Assembly (NCBI GenBank): GCA_937983035.1
Contig: CALKAN010000050.1
Span: 1-46,429 of the forward strand
DNA: 46,429 nt
Direction of reading: 5' to 3'
DNA from: an uncultured Paenibacillaceae bacterium
Lineage (GTDB): Bacteria > Bacillota > Bacilli > Paenibacillales > CALAME01
Each line of letters begins with the position of its first letter. Position 1 is the first letter of the stretch. The translations under genes and the position numbers were made by a program. This document shows, piece by piece, positions 39,132 through 46,429 of this stretch. The notes below the pieces were generated by a model, which saw nothing but the letters and a program-made list of their open reading frames with translations, ran no database searches and had not been told where the DNA came from.

Positions 39132-40652
39132 GTGCGACTGCAAGCGAGTGATTTGTTTTACTTGATGCCTGAATTATCGTTGTTGATGGCTGCCGTTTTG
39201 CTGACCGTGCTGGATTTGATTCTGCCGGAATCAACCAGCCGCAAACGATTCGGATGGATTGCTGCAGCGGGAGTGCTCGTTTCCGGAGCTTTCGTCGTTT
39301 GGTTTATGTTTGATATCCGCGGCAATTCGGCTGAATATATCGTGCTTCTCGCACAAAGTTACCGCATCGATCAGTTTGCGAATAGTTTTAAACTGTTCAT
39401 GCTGGCCGGCACATTGCTGGTGCTTTTGATGAGCATGGGTTCGTTGAAAAAAGAAGGGGTGGAGCACCGGGGAGAATATTATTATTTGATGCTTCCGGCG
39501 ACAATCGGGGGCATGATCATGGCTTCATCGGCAGATTTGATTACGCTGTTTATCGGATTGGAACTGCTGAGCATCACTTCGTACATATTGGTGGGCATTC
39601 GCAAAAAGCATCTGCATGCGAATGAAGCCGCATTTAAATATGTTGTTTTAGGCGGGATCGCTACCGCATTTATTCTGTACGGCATGTCTTTCTTATATGG
39701 ATTAAGCGGCAGCACGAATTTGGCACATATCAATGATGCTTTGCAGGGCATGGATCCAAGCTGGACGGCGATCGTTTATATCAGCTTCATTCTTATTCTG
39801 GCAGGACTCGCTTTTAAAATTGCGGCAGCGCCGTTTCATGCATGGGCTCCGGACGTCTATCAAGGCGCGGCGACTCCTGTCGCGGCCTATCTGGCCGTCG
39901 TATCCAAGGCAGCCGGGATCGCCATGCTGCTGAGAATTGCTTACAATGCATATTATGACGCAAGTTCCGGCACGCAGCCGATTGATGATCCGATGTTTGC
40001 AATGATTGCGGTCATTGCGGCAGCAGCGATGATCATCGGCAATACCGCTGCTTTAAGGCAAACGAATGTGAAAAGATTGCTCGCTTTGTCAGCCGTTGCC
40101 AATTCAGGATACTTGCTCGTTCCCGTTTCTTTGCAGCTGAGTCCGGCGCATGCCTCTAATTTTGCGGAAATTTACTTTTATTTTGTCGCGTACTTATTGA
40201 TGAATATTGGAGCATTCGCAGTGCTTGCAGCCGTGAGTCATGTCAAAGGTCAAAGCGGCTTGGACAGTTTTGCGGGCTTGTATTATCGCGCGCCGTTTAC
40301 AGCAGTCGCCATGCTGCTGTTTATTCTATCATTAGCCGGCATTCCGATTTCTGCAGGATTTGTGGGGAAATTTTATATTTTGACAGGCGCAGTGCAAATG
40401 CAAGCTTACTGGTTGGCGGCCGTCATGATTTTGACGAGCGTGATTTCCTATTACTACTATTTCCGCATTGTTCGGCAAATGTTTCTTAAAACAGACAGCA
40501 GTGCTGAAAAGCGGATCACTCTGCCAATTCCTCTGGCGGCAGTGATTTGGTTCTGTGCGGTTTCCACGGTTGTATTAGGCATTTTTCCGCAGTGGCTGCT
40601 TCGTCCTTTAGCCGACTTGTTTCAAGTATTTGGCGATTTGTTCATTATTTGA
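39132..40652 (+). CDS. nuoN: NADH-quinone oxidoreductase subunit N
   Basis: 506 aa, GTG start after AGGAGG. Motifs GLELLSITSYILVG and KIAAAPFHAWAPDVYQGA are present. Confidence 0.94.
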   Translation: MRLQASDLFYLMPELSLLMAAVLLTVLDLILPESTSRKRFGWIAAAGVLVSGAFVVWFMFDIRGNSAEYIVLLAQSYRIDQFANSFKLFMLAGTLLVLLMSMGSLKKEGVEHRGEYYYLMLPATIGGMIMASSADLITLFIGLELLSITSYILVGIRKKHLHANEAAFKYVVLGGIATAFILYGMSFLYGLSGSTNLAHINDALQGMDPSWTAIVYISFILILAGLAFKIAAAPFHAWAPDVYQGAATPVAAYLAVVSKAAGIAMLLRIAYNAYYDASSGTQPIDDPMFAMIAVIAAAAMIIGNTAALRQTNVKRLLALSAVANSGYLLVPVSLQLSPAHASNFAEIYFYFVAYLLMNIGAFAVLAAVSHVKGQSGLDSFAGLYYRAPFTAVAMLLFILSLAGIPISAGFVGKFYILTGAVQMQAYWLAAVMILTSVISYYYYFRIVRQMFLKTDSSAEKRITLPIPLAAVIWFCAVSTVVLGIFPQWLLRPLADLFQVFGDLFII

Positions 40653-40692
40653 TCAATAATTCTCTTTTTTTTACTTTCATTGTCAATTACTA

Positions 40693-40721
40693 TTGATATG
40701 TAGGAGAGATACTTATACAAT
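40693..40721 (+). promoter_or_regulatory. Sigma-A promoter candidate for the S8 protease gene
   Basis: TTGATA (40693-40698), a 17-nt spacer, then TACAAT (40716-40721). Confidence 0.55.
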
Positions 40722-40788
40722 AATAAATAGTGTGCATATTATACTTTATTGCGCATCAACCGATTTAATAGATAAAGGACCGATGACG

Positions 40789-43551
40789 ATGATGCGTATC
40801 CACATGCAAAATAAAAGGTTACACTTCATCAGCCTGTTCATGATTGCGGGCTTTTTCAGTCTGTTTATATGGATCCATCCAGGGCTGGCGGACGCATCAT
40901 CGCAGGATGAGGAAATGACATGGATAGTTCGGTGGGAACAATCGCCTCCGGCTCATTTTTATGCAACGAGCGAAGTGGTGGATGACAACCCCTTCTTGAA
41001 TATAACCGTTGCCAAACCGAAATCAGGCGCAGACGCAGCTGAATGGGTTCGTGATTGGGAGTCTTCGTCTTATGTAAAATACATACAGCCCAATCAGAAA
41101 TTGAAAGTATCCGCTGTTCCCAACGATCCGCTGTTTGCTTCACAAGACTATTTGCAAACGATCGGCGCCGTGGAAGCATGGAAACACAGGACAGGAAACA
41201 AGGATATTACGATCGCTGTTGTGGATACAGGCATTGATCTTGAGCACAGCGATTTATCCGAGCGTTTAATAGACGGCGTGAACTTGCTTGATCCAGGATC
41301 TCCGCCGATGGATGATCATGGACATGGAACGAACATCGCTGGAATTATCGCCGCTGCTGCGAATAACAACCGCGGCATTGCCGGCATTTTGTGGGATGCT
41401 CGCATTATGCCGATTAAAGCGCTTGGTTCTGACGGAATGGGTGACGAATATAAGCTTGGGGAAGGAATATTGCATGCAGTCGACAATGGAGCGGATATCG
41501 TCTTGCTTTCGCTCGGTCTGCATCATTATTCTCCTTATTTGCATGAAATTATTGAGTATGCTGAAGAGAATGGCGTTCTGCTCATCGCAGCTGTTGGAAA
41601 TGAAGGCAATGCCGTGAAATATCCGGCTGCTTATCCTACTGTGCTGGCTGTGGGAGGCGTGAATGCCGACCGCGAAGTTGCGTCCGCCTCCAACTACGGC
41701 CCTGAAGTCGATGTCGTGGCCCCGTGGCAAGTGTTTACAACGCGTTTAGGCGGCGAATACGGCACGATTGAAGGAACATCGATGGCTGCTCCGCAAGCAG
41801 CAGCGGCAGCGGCGCTCATATGGGCTCAATACCCTTCTTTTGAACCTTACCATATTCGCAATCTGATTCGACAATCTGCGTTGGATATTGGCGCTCCTGG
41901 ATGGGACGAGCATTCTGGATACGGTTTGCTTCAGATTGACCGTGCGTTGACGATGGAATATGCAGATGACATGTTCGAGCCGAACAATTCGCAGTCAGAA
42001 GCCGCTCGGCTGTCGGTCAGTTCAGAAATGATCGGAGTCATCTCGACAGGGCAGGATGAAGACTGGTTTTGGCTGGCGAATCGTTATCCGGGTCAAGTAA
42101 CAATAAACATCGAAACGTTAGATGATCAAGACGTTAATAAACTGCAGCTGCTTTATGCAGACAGTGAAGGAAATACTCGCACTTTCAACGATTTGTCTCA
42201 AGAAGTGATCGTGCCGGTTATGGACCAAAAAGCATATCTGGCTGTTCAAATGAAACAAAAAGATGCGAAAGAGTCGATTCCTTACCGCATAATTACTAGT
42301 TTTTCAATGAATCCGGATCCTTTTGAAGACAATGATGCCCAGTATAAAGCATATGTATTGCCCACGCGGGATCAGACAATACGCGGAACTTTTCATCAAT
42401 TTGAAGATGACGATTGGTTCGTGATGTATTTAGAGCAAGAAGGAACGATGAAAATTAGAGCTTATACAGATACGAACCGAATCGATTTGGAATTATTGCT
42501 TCAGCAAGGCAACAAGAATCCGATTCGCATTGATTGGGGTGCGGATGGGGAATCGGAGTATTCCGGACCGATTGAAGTGGGGCCTGGGAAGTTTTATATT
42601 CGGGTAAAAAACTATCATCCGCACCCAGTGTCCGGATACTATTTTTTGAACGTAGAGTATAAACAAGCGTTTCAAGATCCGAATGAACCGAATGACAGAC
42701 CGTTTCAAGCAACGCCTGTTTTGGACGATGTGATCTATCAAGGCGTGATTGATGCGGAACAGGACGAAGATTGGTTCATCTTTACAGTAGAGAAGGACAG
42801 TTCTGTAAATATTAACCTGACCGACATACCGAAGGATCGGATGATGTCGCTGAGATTGTATGACTCTGGCCAAAAGCAAATTTCTACCGACGTCAATATG
42901 CTTGGCTATGACAAAATAGAAATTGAAAGAGATTTGGAGCCTGGCAAATATTACATCCGATTGTCTGCAAACCAGCCTTTTAACTACCAGATGTATCAGC
43001 TTGAGGTGCAAGTCCATGAATTAGTTGCTGGATTGAAGGACATATCCGGGCATTGGGCGGAAGAATGGATTGTTGACATGAAGGAAAAAAATCTGATGAA
43101 CGGATATGACGGCAACTATTTCTTTCCGGAAAAAGTGATTACCCGCGCTGAAGCAGCGGTTGTGCTGGGCAGATTGGTTTCGCCCGGAGACGCCCCTGAT
43201 CCAGGTTTTGCTGATTTGCCAAGGGATCATTGGGCATTCGGAGATATTGCTAGAGTAACGAATGCCGGCATATTTACGGGATATCCGGACGGCAGTTTTC
43301 AGCCGAGTCGACCGTTGACGAGAGTGGAAATGACGGTTTTAATGGCACAGCTGCTTGACGTGCCGATCAATCCGCATCCGGAGCAAAGTCCATTTACAGA
43401 CTTGGCGCATGATCATTGGGCTTTTCCTTATGTCATATACATGAAAAATGCAGGTTGGATCACAGGATATCCAGACGGTCAATTCCGTCCAAATCAAACA
43501 GCGACTCGAGCTGAATTTGCTTCATTTGTTTCAAGGGTCGTTAACCGTTAA
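40789..43551 (+). CDS. S8 (subtilisin-family) serine peptidase with three PPC-like domains and three C-terminal SLH domains
   Basis: Catalytic triad motifs AVVDTGID, HGHGTNIAGIIAA and GTSMAAPQAAAAAA. Three repeats of the pre-peptidase C-terminal-like pattern (EPNN...DEDWFWL, EDND...DDDWFVMYL, EPND...DEDWFIFTV). Three SLH repeats from ~43030 (ISGHWAEEW..., FADLPRDHWAF..., FTDLAHDHWAF...). Signal peptide LHFISLFMIAGFFSLFIWIHPGLADA. The start is 40783, 40789 or 40792; 40789 has the best SD spacing. Confidence 0.88.
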   Translation: MMRIHMQNKRLHFISLFMIAGFFSLFIWIHPGLADASSQDEEMTWIVRWEQSPPAHFYATSEVVDDNPFLNITVAKPKSGADAAEWVRDWESSSYVKYIQPNQKLKVSAVPNDPLFASQDYLQTIGAVEAWKHRTGNKDITIAVVDTGIDLEHSDLSERLIDGVNLLDPGSPPMDDHGHGTNIAGIIAAAANNNRGIAGILWDARIMPIKALGSDGMGDEYKLGEGILHAVDNGADIVLLSLGLHHYSPYLHEIIEYAEENGVLLIAAVGNEGNAVKYPAAYPTVLAVGGVNADREVASASNYGPEVDVVAPWQVFTTRLGGEYGTIEGTSMAAPQAAAAAALIWAQYPSFEPYHIRNLIRQSALDIGAPGWDEHSGYGLLQIDRALTMEYADDMFEPNNSQSEAARLSVSSEMIGVISTGQDEDWFWLANRYPGQVTINIETLDDQDVNKLQLLYADSEGNTRTFNDLSQEVIVPVMDQKAYLAVQMKQKDAKESIPYRIITSFSMNPDPFEDNDAQYKAYVLPTRDQTIRGTFHQFEDDDWFVMYLEQEGTMKIRAYTDTNRIDLELLLQQGNKNPIRIDWGADGESEYSGPIEVGPGKFYIRVKNYHPHPVSGYYFLNVEYKQAFQDPNEPNDRPFQATPVLDDVIYQGVIDAEQDEDWFIFTVEKDSSVNINLTDIPKDRMMSLRLYDSGQKQISTDVNMLGYDKIEIERDLEPGKYYIRLSANQPFNYQMYQLEVQVHELVAGLKDISGHWAEEWIVDMKEKNLMNGYDGNYFFPEKVITRAEAAVVLGRLVSPGDAPDPGFADLPRDHWAFGDIARVTNAGIFTGYPDGSFQPSRPLTRVEMTVLMAQLLDVPINPHPEQSPFTDLAHDHWAFPYVIYMKNAGWITGYPDGQFRPNQTATRAEFASFVSRVVNR

Positions 43552-43565
43552 AAGGAAGTGGGCGC

Positions 43566-43808
43566 ATGAATTCAGATTACAGTTCGATCGGATTCACTCA
43601 TTTGACAAGCATTATTCTGACACTGGCTTGCATTGCTGTTGTTTGGTGGCTCCTGCAATCCGTGCGATTTGATTTATTTATGAAAAATCCAAGTGCTTTT
43701 CAGATCAGAGGTTTGCAAGTCGTTTTGTCAATTGTGCTTGGGTATGCGCTGGGCAAGTTTTTCATGGACTATGCATACTGGTCCTCCATGTTGAAATGGA
43801 TTTTTTAA
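43566..43808 (+). CDS. ywzB: DUF1146 family membrane protein (YwzB homologue)
   Basis: 80 aa with two TM segments and the pattern ...WWLLQSVRFDLFMKNP...LQVVLSIVLGYALGKFFMDY. It sits upstream of murA, as in B. subtilis. Confidence 0.75.
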   Translation: MNSDYSSIGFTHLTSIILTLACIAVVWWLLQSVRFDLFMKNPSAFQIRGLQVVLSIVLGYALGKFFMDYAYWSSMLKWIF

Positions 43809-43983
43809 CGGTGATAAGATCTAGTTTTAAGACCAACCCTTAAGATCGAATATCATTTGGGATGTGGGACATAATAAAGGTGACCCCTTAAACAGGGAAT
43901 TTGAAGCGAACAATGAACAATAAGGGTTCAAATTGTTCATCGGATTGATCGTACAGAAAAATGGAACGCGGAGGTCTAAAAAT

Positions 43984-45315
43984 ATGAGCAAAATCATCAT
44001 CCGCGGTGGTAATCGACTTTCAGGCAAGGTGAAAATCAGCGGCGCTAAAAATGCAGTGCTGCCGATCATCGCTGCCTCTATATTGGGAAAAAAGGGGCTT
44101 AGTCTGATTCGAGAAGTTCCTCGATTGGACGACGTAACGACGATATGCGAAGTAGTTAAAGCGTTAGGAGCCAATGTCATTTACCATCAAGATGCGATAC
44201 AAGTAGAAGCCCATGAGTTAAATACAGTTGAAGCCCCGCATGATTTGGTTCGCAAGATGCGTGCGTCCATCTTGGTTATGGGGCCGCTGCTTGCGCGCAA
44301 AGGGCATGCCCGGGTGTCGATGCCTGGAGGCTGCGCCATCGGCAGCAGGCCGATTGATCAGCATTTAAAAGGTTTTGAAGCGCTTGGAGCGAAAATAGAG
44401 ATTGATCAAGGCTGCATTGAAGCTAAAGTCGACGGCCGGTTGAAAGGGAATAAAATTTATTTGGACGTGAGCAGCGTAGGGGCTACTGAGAATATCATGA
44501 TGGCAGCAACTTTAGCAGAAGGCACGACTGTGATCGAAAATGCAGCCAAAGAACCGGAAATTGTTGATTTGGCGAATTTTCTAAATGCGATGGGAGCGAA
44601 AGTTCGCGGCGCCGGGACGGGCACGATTCGCATACACGGCGTGAATGAACTTCACGGTGTTGAACATTCTGTCATACCTGACCGCATTGAAGCGGGTACA
44701 TATATGGCAGCAGCTGCGATGACGAATGGCGATGTCTATTTGGAAAATGTGATTACGGATCACTTGCGCCCTGTCATAGCAAAAATGGAAGAAATGGGTG
44801 TGCGGATTGATGAAGACGAGAATGGCTTGCGCGTGCGAACCGATCAGCGCCCTCTTCGCGCTGTGAATGTAAAAACGCTGCCTTACCCTGGTTTTCCTAC
44901 AGACATGCAAGCACAGATGATGGCTTTATTGATGATCTCCGAAGGCACAAGTGTAGTAACTGAGACTGTTTTTGAGAATCGTTTCATGCATGTTGAAGAA
45001 TTTAGAAAAATGAATGCTGATATTAAGATCGAAGGACAGACTGCTGTTGTAGAAGGCGGAACTCGGCTCAAAGGAGCGAAAGTTTGCGCTACAGATCTCA
45101 GAGCAGGCGCTGCATTAGTGCTTGCCGGATTGGCTGCTGAAGGGCGGACGATTGTAAGCGGCATTCATCATATAGACAGAGGATATGTCGATCTTGTTGA
45201 TAAATTAAGCAAATTGGGTGCAGATATTGAACGCATTGATCCAGAACTTCAAGTTGACGCTGATCAGTCATCTCAAGATGTGCCGATCATATCTGCTCAA
45301 CCGAGTTGGGCGTAA
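43984..45315 (+). CDS. murA: UDP-N-acetylglucosamine 1-carboxyvinyltransferase
   Basis: ORF 43933..45315 trimmed to [28 protein letters not shown] (GGAGG plus 9 nt). The active-site Cys loop is [16 protein letters not shown]. 443 aa. Confidence 0.95.
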   Translation: MSKIIIRGGNRLSGKVKISGAKNAVLPIIAASILGKKGLSLIREVPRLDDVTTICEVVKALGANVIYHQDAIQVEAHELNTVEAPHDLVRKMRASILVMGPLLARKGHARVSMPGGCAIGSRPIDQHLKGFEALGAKIEIDQGCIEAKVDGRLKGNKIYLDVSSVGATENIMMAATLAEGTTVIENAAKEPEIVDLANFLNAMGAKVRGAGTGTIRIHGVNELHGVEHSVIPDRIEAGTYMAAAAMTNGDVYLENVITDHLRPVIAKMEEMGVRIDEDENGLRVRTDQRPLRAVNVKTLPYPGFPTDMQAQMMALLMISEGTSVVTETVFENRFMHVEEFRKMNADIKIEGQTAVVEGGTRLKGAKVCATDLRAGAALVLAGLAAEGRTIVSGIHHIDRGYVDLVDKLSKLGADIERIDPELQVDADQSSQDVPIISAQPSWA

Positions 45316-45326
45316 CACAGTCAACA

Positions 45327-45366
45327 ACGACCTTGGGACCAATTTTCCCAGGGTCGTCTTTTTTTG
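45327..45366 (+). terminator. Intrinsic terminator after murA
   Basis: ACGACCTTGGGA (45327-45338) pairs with TCCCAGGGTCGT (45346-45357), followed by CTTTTTTTG. Confidence 0.85.
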
Positions 45367-45438
45367 TTCTAAAAAGCAGCTGCCTCTCCATATATTGCAA
45401 TAGAGAGAAAATGCGGACAAACAAGGAGGCAGTGTAGA

Positions 45439-46002
45439 ATGAAATTATGGAGCAGATTTTTCACAAGAAAAAAAGAGCAGGCTGAAAAAGCAATGGAAGA
45501 AGAACAGTTGCTGCTGGATTTGGAGAAAGCGAAAGAAGAGTGGGATGCAGCGCGCATTCGACTGGATCAAGTCGTTGAAAAAGAAGAAATTGATTATGCC
45601 ATTTATGCTTATGAAGCTGCTCAAAAAAGGTACGAGTTGCTGCTGAGACACGTAAGGAAAGCTAAAAACTTTTCTCCGCCTGAAATGAGCGAGGATAAAG
45701 ATGATGCCGACACTGCTTCGCCAAACAACGCTCTTTCAAGCGGCATAGATTCAAAATTAGAGTCACAATTGGAAAAAGAAGAAGCTCATGAGGCCCAATC
45801 CAATGAACATCCAATGGAGAATAAAGCGGATGAAAGTGATCATCATAAAGAACAACAAGAACAGCAAAAAGACAGCAAGGAACAAACAAGCAGCTTAACC
45901 GAACATTTATATGCCCAAAAAGCAAAATTAAAAATCAATCCCTCTCGATTTCACTTGGTCTTTGATTTAAACAACAAAGGGCATATGAAAGGAGAAGGAT
46001 GA
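45439..46002 (+). CDS. yaaL: YaaL-like (DUF2508) protein with a ~110-aa acidic low-complexity C-terminal extension
   Basis: The first ~75 aa (LLLDLEKAKEEWDAARIRLDQVVEKEEIDYAIYAYEAAQKRYELLLRHVRKAK) follow the DUF2508 pattern, and the gene sits directly upstream of bofA as in B. subtilis. AAGGAGG SD. The stop overlaps the bofA ATG (ATGA). Confidence 0.6.
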   Translation: MKLWSRFFTRKKEQAEKAMEEEQLLLDLEKAKEEWDAARIRLDQVVEKEEIDYAIYAYEAAQKRYELLLRHVRKAKNFSPPEMSEDKDDADTASPNNALSSGIDSKLESQLEKEEAHEAQSNEHPMENKADESDHHKEQQEQQKDSKEQTSSLTEHLYAQKAKLKINPSRFHLVFDLNNKGHMKGEG

Positions 46003-46268
46003 TGCAACAAACGCTTGTCATTATTTTTTTCGCTTCATTAATTATGTTGATTTTGGTTTTGTTAAAAAATAAGGAGGCAATCAAATGGATTTCGCTGCTT
46101 TTAGTGAATACTTTGGTTGCTTCTTTGCTGCTGTTTTTGTTAAATGTGTTTGATCTGTTAGGTCAGTACTTTATTCCTGTCAACATATATACAGTGCTCA
46201 CAGTCGCTTTGCTTGGAGTGCCGGGCTTGCTGCTGATGCTGGCCGTTAAATTTTTTCTGCTGCCGTAA
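45999..46268 (+). CDS. bofA: Pro-sigma-K processing inhibitor BofA family protein
   Basis: 89 aa with two TM segments. The C-terminal half IPVNIYTVLTVALLGVPGLLLMLAVKFF parallels B. subtilis BofA (VPINLVTTAISGILGIPGIAALVVIKQF, from memory). Confidence 0.75.
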   Translation: MMQQTLVIIFFASLIMLILVLLKNKEAIKWISLLLVNTLVASLLLFLLNVFDLLGQYFIPVNIYTVLTVALLGVPGLLLMLAVKFFLLP

Positions 46269-46330
46269 TGCTTTCTAAACCATGATTGCAGGAGCGGGCA
46301 AAGCAGCCGGCGGCAAACGCACGGTTCCCC

Positions 46331-46383
46331 AAAAAACAAAAAATAAAAAAAGTATTGACGCGAAAGAAACAGTATGATATATT
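46331..46383 (+). promoter_or_regulatory. Strong sigma-A promoter with an A-rich UP-like element, probably an rrn (stable RNA) promoter reading out of the window
   Basis: A-tract AAAAAACAAAAAATAAAAAAAG (46331-46352). TTGACG (46355-46360), 17 nt, then TATATT (46378-46383) with an upstream TG (extended -10 TGaTATATT). B. subtilis has the order bofA then rrnA. Confidence 0.6.
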
Positions 46384-46429
46384 ATAAGAGTCGCTGTTAA
46401 ACGCCGGCTCGGCAAGAAGAGCTTGGTGA

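Noticed and set aside
43809-43983. Direct repeat TTAAGATC x2 (about 43818-43852) and hairpin TGAACAAT...ATTGTTCA (about 43911-43944) upstream of murA as a possible regulatory RNA.
   Set aside because: Both are short and AT-rich, there is no terminator or anti-terminator logic, and they match no riboswitch core I know. Insufficient evidence.

Overview
This window is a core housekeeping segment from an endospore-forming Bacillales (Firmicutes) chromosome, roughly mid-40s %GC by eye. I found no CRISPR array, transposase or integrase, phage genes, or recognisable defence or toxin module, and no convincing new multi-gene system. The signals worth a second look are regulatory DNA/RNA motifs and a few atypical genes.

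Layout:
- 1-7.7 kb is a mixed accessory-like stretch. It holds an SspP-like small acid-soluble spore protein, a secreted protein with a copper-amine-oxidase-N-like C-terminal domain, and an O-methyltransferase. It also holds a solitary tRNA-Pro(CGG), a minus-strand string (alpha/beta hydrolase, tRNA-Arg(CCU), MBL-fold hydrolase, SQR/NDH-2-like flavoprotein, SIMPL lipoprotein) and a DUF441 membrane protein.
- 7.7-11.5 kb encodes one 1261-aa wall-anchored protein with three C-terminal SLH domains.
- 11.5-23.1 kb carries tadA (minus strand), then ychF, prfA, prmC, spoIIR, tsaC/ywlC, mntP/ywlD, ywlE, rpiB, ywlG, glyA, upp and mnaA.
- 23.2-30.6 kb is the complete atp operon (atpZ-like, atpI, B, E, F, H, A, G, D, C).
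- 30.8-40.7 kb is an 11-gene nuoABCDHIJKLMN operon with no nuoEFG.
- 40.7-46.4 kb holds an S8 protease with three PPC and three SLH domains, then ywzB, murA, yaaL-like and bofA. A strong stable-RNA-type promoter reads out of the window.

Main non-coding signals:
- A dense DnaA-box cluster between tadA and ychF.
- A ZTP (pfl) riboswitch with terminator ahead of rpiB-ywlG-glyA.
- A 3 x 41-bp tandem hairpin repeat that inflates the atpA-atpG spacer.
- An AtpZ-like small ORF, absent from the ORF track, that has no clean start codon.

Many ORF-track starts are over-extended. I trimmed them to Shine-Dalgarno (SD)-supported starts where the sequence allowed.
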